A stretch of 43,825 nucleotides of DNA from a virus. Taxonomy: Duplodnaviria; Caudoviricetes. Location of the stretch: the IMG/VR virus record IMGVR_UViG_3300037470_000389, positions 1 to 43,825 of that record. One strand, written 5' to 3'. Numbering within the stretch: the first letter of the stretch is position 1; each line of letters starts with the position of its first letter. Both the position numbers and the translations under genes were made by a program. Below, one piece after another: positions 27,520 to 37,457 of the stretch. Below the pieces are notes generated by a model. It was not told the DNA's origin, did not search any database, and was given only the letters and a program-made list of their open reading frames with translations.

Positions 27520-28752
27520 ATGTCGAACACCCTTATTACTCCGAGCATCATTGCCAAAGAGGCTTTGATGCAGCTGGAGAACAACTGCGTGATGGGCGGA
27601 CTTGTCCATCGCGACTACGAAGACGAGTTCGTAAAGGTGGGCTCTACCATTTCGGTGCGTCGGCCTGTTCAGTTCACCGTGACCGAAAGCGCCACGTTGA
27701 ACAAGCAGGACGTGACGGAGGGTAAGTTCTCCGTTGCGGTCGATAGGCAGAACCATGTCGCGTGGGGCTTCAGCTCTGCCGACCTGACTCTGACTATTGA
27801 CGAGTATTCAGAGCGGTACATCAAGCCAGCAGTTATCCAACTCGCCAACAAGATCGACGCTACTGTGTGCGGTCTTTACAAGGACGTGTGGAACTGGACC
27901 GGCACGCTTGGCTCCGTCAACGAGATCAACTCCTATGCCGATTTTGCGAAAGGCCCGGAGCGTCTTGATCTTGGCGCGGTGCCGACTGACAACCGCTCAG
28001 CCGTTCTGTCACCTTCGGACCATTGGGCCTTGGCTGGCTCGCAGACCGCGCTGTTCTTCAACTCGATTGGTGAGAAGGCGTATCGCCGTGGCACCATCGG
28101 CAAGATCGGCAACGTAGATACGTACATGAGCCAGAACGTGGCGACCCATTTGACGGGTGGCCGCGACGACACCACGCCTCTTGCCGACGCGGCAGCGGGC
28201 GACGGTGTCTTGACGACCACTTATGCGTTGTCGAAGGATTCGGGCGAAATGATCCTGTCTACGGACGGGTGGGACTCGACCGACCTCCATCAAGGTGACG
28301 TGTTCACTATCAATAGCGTGTTCGCGGTCAACCCTGTTTCCAAGGCGACCCTTGCTCACTTGCAGCAATTCGTCGTGAAGGCAGATGCCACCGTGACCTC
28401 TGGAGACTCGGAAATCACTGTCTCGCCCCCGGCTATCACGTCGGGTGCTTATCAGACTGTGAATGAGGCTCCTGCGGACGCCGACACCATCTTAAACATG
28501 GGCACGGCTAGCACCAACTACGTTCAGAATATGTGCTTTCACAAGAACGCCTTTGCGCTCGTGATGCGTCCTCTCGTGATGCCTGACGGCGTGGCGTTCA
28601 AGTCCAAGCAGCAGAAGAATGGCTACTCCATTCGTGTTCTGAAGGACTACGACATCATCAACGACGAAGAGATCATCCGTCTCGACGTTCTCTATGGTGT
28701 CAAAACCCTCGATGCCAGACTTGCCACTCGCATGTCCGGTAACGGCACTTAA
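27520..28752 (+). CDS. Major capsid protein (P22 gp5 coat family)
   Basis: MSNTLITPSII...KVGSTISVRRP...FHKNAFAL...RLDVLYG. Confidence 0.95.
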   Translation: MSNTLITPSIIAKEALMQLENNCVMGGLVHRDYEDEFVKVGSTISVRRPVQFTVTESATLNKQDVTEGKFSVAVDRQNHVAWGFSSADLTLTIDEYSERYIKPAVIQLANKIDATVCGLYKDVWNWTGTLGSVNEINSYADFAKGPERLDLGAVPTDNRSAVLSPSDHWALAGSQTALFFNSIGEKAYRRGTIGKIGNVDTYMSQNVATHLTGGRDDTTPLADAAAGDGVLTTTYALSKDSGEMILSTDGWDSTDLHQGDVFTINSVFAVNPVSKATLAHLQQFVVKADATVTSGDSEITVSPPAITSGAYQTVNEAPADADTILNMGTASTNYVQNMCFHKNAFALVMRPLVMPDGVAFKSKQQKNGYSIRVLKDYDIINDEEIIRLDVLYGVKTLDARLATRMSGNGT

Positions 28753-28767
28753 GGGAGGGACCTGACA

Positions 28768-28992
28768 ATGGCAGGCGAAAAACAACTATCTGACGGCGAC
28801 GTTGACGGAACCATTCTCGGTCAGTCAGCAGCCGATAAGCTTGGCTTCTATGGCAAAGCGCCAGTAGCCCAGCCAGCGGCGGCAGCTCAATCGGCTATTA
28901 CTACGGGGGCCACTTTGGTCGCTGCGGTAGCTCTCTTGATTGAGGTGCAGTCTGCACTTGCTACGTTGGGCCTTATCAAGGGCGCTGCCTAG
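28768..28992 (+). CDS. Small virion (head-associated) protein
   Basis: GQSAADKLGFYGKAPVAQP...LATLGLI; directly after coat. Confidence 0.75.
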   Translation: MAGEKQLSDGDVDGTILGQSAADKLGFYGKAPVAQPAAAAQSAITTGATLVAAVALLIEVQSALATLGLIKGAA

Positions 28993-29676
28993 TTGCCCCA
29001 ACGTAACGTGTATATCGCTGTCCCATCTAGCCGGGATGGCGTTCGTGTCCTTACCATGAGGTCGATCATGGAGGGCATGGTATCAATCGCTCGGGAGGGA
29101 TGGGGAGTAACATTAGGTGAAAGCCTACAATGTTTTGCCCCCATCTCTCTCGCGCGCAATCTAGCAGTTGCAAGGTTCTTGGCCTCAGACTGTGACGATC
29201 TGCTTTTTGTCGATGACGATGTCGCGTGGCAGGACGGAGCAATGGTCAAGTTGCTCAAGCATCCTGTTGACGTAGTAGCGGGTGCCTATCCGCGACGGTT
29301 TCCCGAAACCTCGTTTCCGATCCGTTGGGTTGAAGAGGGAGCCGAATTATGGGCCGATCCCGAAACCGGATTACTGGAAGTCGAGGGTATCGCGGCGGGG
29401 TTCATGCGTTTAACCCGCAAGGCGTGTGAGCAGCTAGTAGAGGCTCACAAGGACGATTGGTACGAGCAGTTCGGTGCTCCCGAAGGCAAAGCTTGGCCGT
29501 TGTTTGATTTCGTTCGCGAGGGCCGGACCTTCTTTAGCGAGGACTACACCTTCTGCCGGAAGTGGCGAAGCCTTGGGGGCAAGGTGTGGGTCGACCCCGA
29601 AGTGACGTTCATGCACATGGGCGAGGCTGCGTTCGTTGGCAATCTTGGTGACTGGTTGAGATCGAGAATGGCTTGA
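28993..29676 (+). CDS. GT-A-fold glycosyltransferase-like protein 1
   Basis: IAVP, ARN...FL, LFVDDD (DxD), AGFMRL, SEDYTFC, HMG. Confidence 0.8.
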   Translation: MPQRNVYIAVPSSRDGVRVLTMRSIMEGMVSIAREGWGVTLGESLQCFAPISLARNLAVARFLASDCDDLLFVDDDVAWQDGAMVKLLKHPVDVVAGAYPRRFPETSFPIRWVEEGAELWADPETGLLEVEGIAAGFMRLTRKACEQLVEAHKDDWYEQFGAPEGKAWPLFDFVREGRTFFSEDYTFCRKWRSLGGKVWVDPEVTFMHMGEAAFVGNLGDWLRSRMA

Positions 29677-30204
29677 ATGGAAATCCTCCTAGGCTGCGGC
29701 AGGAACCACGCCAAGAAGCTCTATCAGAAAGACGATACGGACTGGAAGGATTTGGTCACGGTGGATATTAGCCCCGATGTTGGGGCTGATATTGTCCATG
29801 ACCTTTCTGTTCTGCCGCTCCCCCTCGGTGACAACGTGGCCGACGAAATCCACGCTTACGAGGTGATGGAGCACACGGGTCAACAGGGCGACTGGAAGTT
29901 CTTTTTCGATCAGTGGTCCGACATCTGGCGGGTGCTTAAGCCGGGAGGTTGGTTTTATGGAACCTCTCCCGATTGTAAATCCAGATGGGCTTGGGGTGAT
30001 CCGGGACACACGCGGATTGTCGGCTTAGAGCAACTGACATTCCTGAACCAGCCCGAATACGAGAAGCAATGTGGAAAGACGCCGATGACCGATTATCGGT
30101 TTTGCTACAAGGCTGATTTTGATTTCGGGCACTTGAAAACCTACGCCGATGGGACGTTTGTTTATATCCTTCAAGCCGTTAAGCCGTCTCGATGCGAGTT
30201 ATGA
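29677..30204 (+). CDS. Class I SAM-dependent methyltransferase
   Basis: LLGCG, VDIS, HDL, EVMEH, WRVLKPGG, DPGH. Confidence 0.85.
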   Translation: MEILLGCGRNHAKKLYQKDDTDWKDLVTVDISPDVGADIVHDLSVLPLPLGDNVADEIHAYEVMEHTGQQGDWKFFFDQWSDIWRVLKPGGWFYGTSPDCKSRWAWGDPGHTRIVGLEQLTFLNQPEYEKQCGKTPMTDYRFCYKADFDFGHLKTYADGTFVYILQAVKPSRCEL

Positions 30205-30857
30205 AGCCTGACGTATTCATCGCCACACCAACCCATAGCGGTGACGTGTGCGTGTCCTACACTCAATCGTTGTTCAAGACCTGTGTTGCTCTGGGCCAGC
30301 TAGGGTTGGCGTCTTCAGTATCGTTTCAGAGCCATTGCGCGATGATTTCGTTCGCGCGGGCTATCTTGGCGCAAGAGTTTTTGGATTCCGGTGCAGAGCA
30401 CTTTCTATCCATAGATGCAGACCTTGGATGGGACGAACAAGGCGCGCTAGAGATCATCAAGTCACCCCATGACGTGATTGGCGGTGTGTATCCGGCCAAG
30501 ACTGACAAGCCTGTGTTTCAGGCAAGGAATAAGCGTGAGAGCGGTTCTCAGGCTCTTATCGAGGCCGATGGCATTCCCGGAGGGTTCATCAGAGTCCGGC
30601 GTGGGGCCATGCTCAAGATGCAGAAGGCATACCCCGAGCTGAGTTGTATTCGTAAGGGACAGCCTCTTTCGCTCTTATACGAGACAATCATTCTCGATGA
30701 TGGATCGCCGTTAAGCGAGGACTACGCCTTTTGCGAACGCTGGCGCAGGATCGGCGGCAAGGTTTTCATCTACCCCGACATTCAGTTCTCGCACTTCGGA
30801 CGCAAGGAGTGGACGGGGAACATGATCAACGATGATCCGCAACTGAAGGTTATCTAA
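30192..30857 (+). CDS. GT-A-fold glycosyltransferase-like protein 2
   Basis: IATP, AR...FL, LSIDAD, GGFIRV, SEDYAFC, HFG; paralogue of 28993-29676. Confidence 0.8.
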   Translation: MRVMKPDVFIATPTHSGDVCVSYTQSLFKTCVALGQLGLASSVSFQSHCAMISFARAILAQEFLDSGAEHFLSIDADLGWDEQGALEIIKSPHDVIGGVYPAKTDKPVFQARNKRESGSQALIEADGIPGGFIRVRRGAMLKMQKAYPELSCIRKGQPLSLLYETIILDDGSPLSEDYAFCERWRRIGGKVFIYPDIQFSHFGRKEWTGNMINDDPQLKVI

Positions 30858-31162
30858 TGAGCGTCGAGAAATCCGTCCCCGAGGACATTCACTATCTTGC
30901 GGGCGTTCCTCCGTCTAAGAACCCAGACATTTACCAGATGACGGTCGCGATGATCGCCGCCGTTGTGGATCATTGCGAGAAGGCCGGTCTATCGCGTGAT
31001 GAATCCCGTGCCCTAATGGGCAAGAAGAAAGACGAGCTTATCAGTGAGCTTATTTCACTGAGGGAGCGCGGAATTCTCATAGGTGAAAGCGACGAGCCCA
31101 GGAAATCAAAGCCCGTCCGTAAAGTCAGCATGAGAGATGTGCAGAAGGTGGCGCGGCAATGA
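30857..31162 (+). CDS. Hypothetical protein
   Basis: Coupled at both ends. Confidence 0.65.
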   Translation: MSVEKSVPEDIHYLAGVPPSKNPDIYQMTVAMIAAVVDHCEKAGLSRDESRALMGKKKDELISELISLRERGILIGESDEPRKSKPVRKVSMRDVQKVARQ

Positions 31163-31551
31163 CCAGCATGGGAGACGTTGTGACCGGAGCCCTCAAGAGG
31201 TTGCGTGTCATCAATCCCCGAAAGACTCCTGACGGTGCCGCAGGCAGTGAGGGCCTAACCGCTCTTAACGAGATGATGCACTCATGGAAGGCCGAAGGGG
31301 TTGACACCGATCACGACACTCTAGCGGCGTCAGACGATTTCCCGCTTGATGACGAGCACATTCAGGGAGTGAAGGCGCTGCTGGCTGTAAGGCTCGCGAG
31401 CGACTACGGGATGGATATTGATGCTGGGATCGGTCGCGATGCAGAGATGGGCTGGGCGGCGTTGCAGGCTGAATACATCGAGCCTGCCGGCGACGCGTCA
31501 CTGGACGCGGGACTAATCAGAACCCTTCATGGACGCTGGGGCGTTTCGTAA
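31159..31551 (+). CDS. Head-tail adaptor (P22 gp4-like)
   Basis: ALKRLRV...GLTALNEMMHSW...LAVRLASDYG. Confidence 0.8.
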   Translation: MTSMGDVVTGALKRLRVINPRKTPDGAAGSEGLTALNEMMHSWKAEGVDTDHDTLAASDDFPLDDEHIQGVKALLAVRLASDYGMDIDAGIGRDAEMGWAALQAEYIEPAGDASLDAGLIRTLHGRWGVS

Positions 31552-32961
31552 ATGCCTACTCAGCCGCTTAACTTTGGCTTGGAGTCCAGACCTGGATGCT
31601 TCGGGCCGGAAGGCGGCGCGCGTCTTGTCAATGCATTTGTTGAACAGGCTGCGGAAGACGCCAAAAACCCGTTTATCATTTATTGCCGACCTGGATTGAG
31701 AACCTTTGCCTCCCTTGCAAGCGCAGGCGGGTTTCGGGGCGGGATTGATCTTGGTTCGGTCGGCTACATCGTCAACGGTGCCACGGTCAACAAGGTAACA
31801 TCTGCCGGAGTAGTGACGGCGGTAGGACTGTTTGCGGGCGAGAAGCCCGTCATCGCGGCCAGGAATAGGAAATCCCCTAACGCTCAGGTCGCCTTTGTTT
31901 CGGACGGGCTTAAGTCGATCCTTGAGAACGATACCGTAACGCCCATTGCGGACTCGGACCTACCATCCCCAAACGGGGTGTGCTCAATCGGTGGCTATTT
32001 CGTCTTTTCAATTCCAGACGGTCGCTATTTCTGGACCTCGATTGACGAAGGCACGGATATTGCGGCGTTGGACTTCGCTAGTGCGGAAGCAAATCCTGAT
32101 GGGCTAGTCGGCATTATAGACCGGACTCAGGAAATTGTGCTGTTCGGCAGCAAGTCCATCGAGTTCCACGCTCTGACTGGCTCCAGTGCCGTGTTCGAGC
32201 GCGTGCCACAAACCACATTGCAGCTCGGGTGCTATTCCGGCGCTGCGATCAAGAGCCTAAACGGTATTCCGATCTTTCCTGCATCGGATGGGACGGTTCG
32301 GATGCTCTCAGACTATAGCCCTGAGAGAATATCAAATCACGATGTCGAGCGCGACATTCGCAGGCTGACTGACAAGACGACTCTAACGGCGCAAACCTTC
32401 TCGCTCGACGGCCACCAATTCTACTGCCTGAACTGTGCTGACTTTACCTGGGTTTGCGATCTTGTGACCCGCAAATGGTTCCAATGGAAAACCGAAGGGC
32501 ATGATCGCTGGGCCGCAGAGGGCTTCGTTGACATAGACGGGAAGATGATAACTGGGGACCACGCATCAAACGAGTTGTACGAGATAGACCCCGGCTTCAA
32601 CGCAGACGCTGACGACCATCTGATCTGGAAACTCACTTCCGGTCCGGTTGGGGCATATCCCAATAGGGTTATCGCGGACGAACTCTACGCAGATGTTCTT
32701 ACTGGCGTTGGGATCAACTCAGCTGACGCTCACGAATCCGACCCAAAGATAATGCTCCGGGTGACTGACGATGACGGGGCAACATGGTCCGACGAGATGA
32801 TGGCTGCTGTGGGAAAGATTGGCGACAAGCGGAAGGAAATCAGCTTTCACCGTTTGGGAGCATCTGGCGAGGACGGATTTAGGTTCGAGCTTTCCATGTC
32901 AGCCCCGGTCAACCGCGCACTGACACGTGCCGCGCTCAGATACACACCGATCAAGCCGTAA
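31552..32961 (+). CDS. Tail hub / packaged-DNA stabilisation protein (P22 gp10-like)
   Basis: RPGL, GGYFVF, DFASAEANPD, LFGSKSIE, F-x-x-DGHQFY, RLG; follows gp4. Confidence 0.88.
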   Translation: MPTQPLNFGLESRPGCFGPEGGARLVNAFVEQAAEDAKNPFIIYCRPGLRTFASLASAGGFRGGIDLGSVGYIVNGATVNKVTSAGVVTAVGLFAGEKPVIAARNRKSPNAQVAFVSDGLKSILENDTVTPIADSDLPSPNGVCSIGGYFVFSIPDGRYFWTSIDEGTDIAALDFASAEANPDGLVGIIDRTQEIVLFGSKSIEFHALTGSSAVFERVPQTTLQLGCYSGAAIKSLNGIPIFPASDGTVRMLSDYSPERISNHDVERDIRRLTDKTTLTAQTFSLDGHQFYCLNCADFTWVCDLVTRKWFQWKTEGHDRWAAEGFVDIDGKMITGDHASNELYEIDPGFNADADDHLIWKLTSGPVGAYPNRVIADELYADVLTGVGINSADAHESDPKIMLRVTDDDGATWSDEMMAAVGKIGDKRKEISFHRLGASGEDGFRFELSMSAPVNRALTRAALRYTPIKP

Positions 32962-33248
32962 TGGAAAAGACCTATCCCTTTCCAGCCGGTCCGATAGTCG
33001 ATGGAACGGGCAAACCAACATTGCCTGGAAAAGGCTACCTCGTCGGCATTCAGGAAATCGCCGCGCTTGTCGATGCCGTTAGTGGACTGACGGAACGATC
33101 CGAAGACCCTGTAAACCCAGCCGAAGGTCACTCAATCATCTGGCAGTCGGACGGCACCGATGCTGGCGATGATGGTGACATCCTCATCAAGATCACGGCG
33201 GGCGGCGTAACCAAGACCGCAACTCTCGTAGACTTCTCTGCAATCTAA
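32961..33248 (+). CDS. Small tail-associated protein
   Basis: PIVDGTGKPT; position after gp10-like gene. Confidence 0.65.
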   Translation: MEKTYPFPAGPIVDGTGKPTLPGKGYLVGIQEIAALVDAVSGLTERSEDPVNPAEGHSIIWQSDGTDAGDDGDILIKITAGGVTKTATLVDFSAI

Positions 33249-33259
33249 GGGCGGGCACA

Positions 33260-34612
33260 ATGGCTCTCATGGACGAAATTGGCAGCTTCTTTTCTGCCGG
33301 TGCTGACAAAGCGGCGCTTAAGGCTGGAGATATCCAAGCCCAAGCCGCTCAACGTCAGATGGCTGCTTCCAGGCAGTATCAAGATCGAGCCCTTGCTGAT
33401 CAGACTAAGTCTCAGGGCCAGGCTGTCAGCACGCTCAAGGCTGCCGAAGCGCAAGCCCTGAAATACCGTCAACAGGCAGGCCAGCAACTTACAAACGCGG
33501 AACAACGCGCTCTTGCCGCTTACGATCAGGCCCAGACCGGAGCCTTGCAGAGAATTGACGCGGGTCAGACCGGCGCTATCGGCGCTCTCGGTGAAGGCGA
33601 GACAGCCGCCCTTGGTTCTATTGCCGGTGGCAGGACGGGCGCAATCAACTCCCTTCTTGGTGGCCGTGACGATGCTTTGAGTGCTATCGACGCCGGAGGT
33701 CAACAGGCTTTTGGTGCTTTGTCGTCTGCCAGGGCCGATGCGGAAGGTCAGTTCCAGCCTTATGCCTCAACTGGCGAGGCGGCACAGAATGAGATTGCCG
33801 ACCTTCAAGGGCTGAACGGCCCTGAGGCCCAAGCGGCTGCTAGAGCAAGGTTCCAAACCGATCCAGGTTATCAGTTCCGCGTTCAGGAAGGTATCAACGC
33901 GCTCGACAAGTCCGCGACTGCAAGGGGGGGTCTGTATTCCGGCAACGCGATGAAAGAGCTTCAAGAGCGAGGCGATCAGCTCGGAGCGCAGGAATACGGA
34001 AACTACTACGGCAGAACGGCCAACATTGCGAACACTGGATTTAATGCGGCTTCGAGTCTCGCAGACCTAGCCCGACAGTTCGGCATGAGCGAGGCTGATC
34101 TAGCCGCACGGTTGGGCACGGAACGCTCAGGCTTGCAAGAAAGAACCGGCCAGAATGTTGCCGGTGTCGAGCAGACTGCTGGGGCTCAGAGCGCAGACAT
34201 TCAGACCGGGGCGGCTGCGAACAGGTCCAATGTCTATCAGAACGCGGCAACGCAAGGCGCTGGCGTTATCTCGGACTTCGGCGCAAGACGCGGTGGCACG
34301 ATAGAGCAAGCAGGTGTTAACCGGGCCAATTTGCTGACGGGCTCCGGCGATATGGTGATGAACAACCGCGATAACATCGCCAACTCTCTTCTTGGCGGCT
34401 CGCAGGAACGGAACACTATTAGGAGCAACGCACTCGGCTACAGAACTGACGCACTGGCTGGTAAGGGCAACGCGCTTGCTGCTGGTCAGGTCGGAGCTGC
34501 GAATGCTCGGGCTGGAGGGATTAACAATCTCCTAAGCGCGGTTGGGTCCGGCATTAGCCTGGCAACGTCACCGATCAAAGGCTCTAGTCTCTTGGGGAGG
34601 GCGCTTGCCTAA
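33260..34612 (+). CDS. DNA ejection/pilot protein 1
   Basis: Ala/Gly/Gln-rich with 11-aa periodicity; FQTDPGYQFR...G motif typical of podoviral injection proteins. Confidence 0.8.
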   Translation: MALMDEIGSFFSAGADKAALKAGDIQAQAAQRQMAASRQYQDRALADQTKSQGQAVSTLKAAEAQALKYRQQAGQQLTNAEQRALAAYDQAQTGALQRIDAGQTGAIGALGEGETAALGSIAGGRTGAINSLLGGRDDALSAIDAGGQQAFGALSSARADAEGQFQPYASTGEAAQNEIADLQGLNGPEAQAAARARFQTDPGYQFRVQEGINALDKSATARGGLYSGNAMKELQERGDQLGAQEYGNYYGRTANIANTGFNAASSLADLARQFGMSEADLAARLGTERSGLQERTGQNVAGVEQTAGAQSADIQTGAAANRSNVYQNAATQGAGVISDFGARRGGTIEQAGVNRANLLTGSGDMVMNNRDNIANSLLGGSQERNTIRSNALGYRTDALAGKGNALAAGQVGAANARAGGINNLLSAVGSGISLATSPIKGSSLLGRALA

Positions 34613-35628
34613 TGGCTCAGTCCTTGAATGCTCTCATTCCTATGGGCGTGAAGCCCTTTGATATGAACTCTCTCGGTCAAGGTATCGAGACTGGGAATGC
34701 GCTTCTTGATGCTCCGATCAAGCGCGATCTAATGCAGGCTCAAGCTCAATATTATGGCAGCCCAGACGCGCGCTCTAGTGTTTACGGAACGCCTATCTAT
34801 GGCGTCGATCCAGTTACTGGCGATCAGGTGCTTGGCGCTATCGGTAAGGACGGAACGTTCCAGAGATTGGACACTGGCGGGGTGCAAGTCACTCCAGGCG
34901 TAACGTTCCAAAACCTCGGCACGAGTGTTCAGCCGTTCAGCTCCAAAACTGGAGCCCCTATGGCCGCTCCGACTCCGATAGATGTTTCTGGTGAGGCTTC
35001 CCAGAAGGAAGTTGGCAAGCAGCGCGGCGAGGCGTTTGTTGACATGCCTGGTGCTCTATCTAAGGCCGACCAGGCAATCTCCCTGATTGACAAGATGATC
35101 GAACACCCCGGACGCGAAGCTGCGACCGGCAAGAGTGGCATGTTCGATCCTCGGAACTACATTCCTGGGACTGACGCCAAAAACTTTCAGATTGCAGCCA
35201 AGCAACTAGAGGGCAAGACGTTCTTGGAAGCGTTCGAGAGCCTGAAGGGTGGCGGTCACATTACCGAGATCGAAGGACAGAAGGGCACTGAAGCCGTTGC
35301 CCGTCTTGATCGCGCTCAGAGTGACGAAGCGTATGTTGAGGCACTTCAAGAATTGCGTGGGATTATTGAGATCGGGAAGCAACGGGCCACACAGCGAGCT
35401 GGCGTTAGGTCAGTTCCAACCATGAACGTCACGCCTAGCGGCTCCATGACGCCAACCCAGCCTCCCCCAGTGACAACCGACTCTCCCTATAACCCTGACG
35501 TGCAAATGCCACAGGGCATGAACGAGGAAACGGTCAAGCGTTGGGTCCAAGAAGCAATGGACGCCGGTGTTCCTGAAAATGCTATCCGCTCCGAACTCCT
35601 TAAGATGGGTGTCAAGGTCGGCCAATGA
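34612..35628 (+). CDS. DNA ejection protein 2
   Basis: Position; FLEAFESLKGGGHITEIEG. Confidence 0.7.
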   Translation: MAQSLNALIPMGVKPFDMNSLGQGIETGNALLDAPIKRDLMQAQAQYYGSPDARSSVYGTPIYGVDPVTGDQVLGAIGKDGTFQRLDTGGVQVTPGVTFQNLGTSVQPFSSKTGAPMAAPTPIDVSGEASQKEVGKQRGEAFVDMPGALSKADQAISLIDKMIEHPGREAATGKSGMFDPRNYIPGTDAKNFQIAAKQLEGKTFLEAFESLKGGGHITEIEGQKGTEAVARLDRAQSDEAYVEALQELRGIIEIGKQRATQRAGVRSVPTMNVTPSGSMTPTQPPPVTTDSPYNPDVQMPQGMNEETVKRWVQEAMDAGVPENAIRSELLKMGVKVGQ

Positions 35629-37247
35629 GCCCCGATAATCCCTTTCGCAACCTAGTTGCTCAGAATGGGCAGATGAGCCCGGACAATCCGTTCGCGCGGT
35701 TGCTACAGGCTCCCGAACCTCCTGCCCCCACCTCAGGCGTTACGATAGCGCCAAAGGGAGGCATGGCTAGGGAGGCTACGCCGGAAGAGGCAGGACAACT
35801 TAATCCCGGTGCCAGTCTTGCTGACGTTGGCGGCATGGCTATGTCCAATGTCGGCCCGAGTGCCAAGCGGTTTGGCCAAGACATGCTCCAAATGGTCACT
35901 GACCCTGTTGGCACGGCAAAGACGCTTGGCAAGGTTGGCGTCGGCGCGGCTCAGAAAGTGATTCCAGGCGAACAGGAATATGAGCCCTACGCAGATGCAG
36001 TCGGGCAGTTTTTTGCTGATCGTTACGGCGGGTTGGATAACGTCAAGCGCACCCTAGCAGAAGACCCGGTTGGCTTCGCGGCTGATCTTTCGACCGTTCT
36101 AACCGGGGGGCAGATGGCGCTCTTACGCGCTCCTGGCATCGCTGGCCAGGTTGGCAGGGCTGCCGGAACGGTATCGCGCGCGGTCGATCCCATCAATGCG
36201 ACACTCAAGGGCGCTCAGGCTGTCGGAAAGGGTATCGGGCATACTGGCGCTGCGATCATGGGTGTTGCGACCGGAACGGGCGGCAGGCCGATCAGAGAGG
36301 CGGCTAGATCGGGTGCCCAAGGCGGTGCGGCGTCAACCGCGTTTCGTGAGAACATGCGCGGCAACGTGCCCCTGGAAGATGTTATTGGTGATGCAAAGAC
36401 CGCGCTTTCTGCAATCAAAGCTGAACGCAGTGCTGCATATACAGCAGGCATGGGCGATGTTGCCAAGGACGCAAAGGTTCTGAACTTCACCAAGGTTGAG
36501 GACGCGCTGAATAAAACGCGCGCTGATACGACCTTTAAGGGGGTGAGCGTTTCCCCGAGCACGGATGCGACCATTTCCGACATAGCGAAAGTTATGGACG
36601 AATGGAAGCAACTCGACCCGGCTGAGTATCACACGGCGGCAGGGTTTGACGCGCTTAAGAAGCGTATTGGTGACATTCGAGAGAGCGCGCAATACGGAAC
36701 GCCACAGCGTCGTGTTGCCGATCAGATTTACAACGTAGTCAAGGACCAGATTACCAAGCAGGCTCCGACCTACGCAAAGACGATGAAGGATTACAGCACG
36801 GCGTCCAATCTCATTCGCGAGATGGAAAAGACGCTCTCGCTCAATCCTAAAGCCAGTGTCGATACCACGCTCCGAAAGCTGCAATCGGTCATGCGTGACA
36901 ACGTGAACACCAATTACGGCAAGCGCGCAGACTTGGTGAAATTGCTGGAGGAACATGGGGCAACTAACCTCATGCAGAAACTTGCTGGCCAGGCGCTCAA
37001 GAGCTGGGAGCCTCGTGGCCTGGCTAGGCTTGGGGCTCAGGCCGGTGCTGTGCTGACAGGTGGGGCAGGGCTTATGACCATGAACCCGCTTGCGCTTCCG
37101 GCAGTGGCCGGGCAACTCGCCATGCAATCTCCGCGCATTGTTGGAGAGGTTGCCCATGCCGGAGGCCGCGTGGCGAATGCTTTGAGCAACGTCCCGGCTC
37201 GCAATGCGTTGCAGGCCGGATACCAAACACGCGGCGCGCGTCAGTGA
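35625..37247 (+). CDS. DNA ejection protein 3
   Basis: NPF N-terminal repeat, Ala/Gly-rich helical, C-terminal SPRIVGE. Confidence 0.75.
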   Translation: MSPDNPFRNLVAQNGQMSPDNPFARLLQAPEPPAPTSGVTIAPKGGMAREATPEEAGQLNPGASLADVGGMAMSNVGPSAKRFGQDMLQMVTDPVGTAKTLGKVGVGAAQKVIPGEQEYEPYADAVGQFFADRYGGLDNVKRTLAEDPVGFAADLSTVLTGGQMALLRAPGIAGQVGRAAGTVSRAVDPINATLKGAQAVGKGIGHTGAAIMGVATGTGGRPIREAARSGAQGGAASTAFRENMRGNVPLEDVIGDAKTALSAIKAERSAAYTAGMGDVAKDAKVLNFTKVEDALNKTRADTTFKGVSVSPSTDATISDIAKVMDEWKQLDPAEYHTAAGFDALKKRIGDIRESAQYGTPQRRVADQIYNVVKDQITKQAPTYAKTMKDYSTASNLIREMEKTLSLNPKASVDTTLRKLQSVMRDNVNTNYGKRADLVKLLEEHGATNLMQKLAGQALKSWEPRGLARLGAQAGAVLTGGAGLMTMNPLALPAVAGQLAMQSPRIVGEVAHAGGRVANALSNVPARNALQAGYQTRGARQ

Positions 37248-37396
37248 ACGGGCGGCAGTCCGACAATATCGCGCGCTAGAAGGTACATGGCGTAGAGGAA
37301 CGCGGCGACGAACACCAAGCTAATATAAATCGCGAAGCCTCTCCCTATGTAGTGAATCCACTTTTCGGCTGTTCTAGCCACGTCAGTAAATTTCAT
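37241..37396 (-). CDS. Small antisense-oriented membrane protein (51 aa)
   Basis: AGGAG upstream; GFAIYISLVFVAAFLYAMYLL TM helix. Confidence 0.6.
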   Translation of the reverse strand: MKFTDVARTAEKWIHYIGRGFAIYISLVFVAAFLYAMYLLARDIVGLPPVH

Positions 37397-37457
37397 TTTC
37401 GCGCATCTCCTGACCCCGCGCGGCCACAACCCTACCATAACCAGAGAGAGAAAAGGA

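Noticed and set aside
36333-37226. Long antisense ORFs (297 aa here; also 25899-26573, 22847-23407)
   Set aside because: Shadows of well-supported plus-strand structural genes; no motifs.
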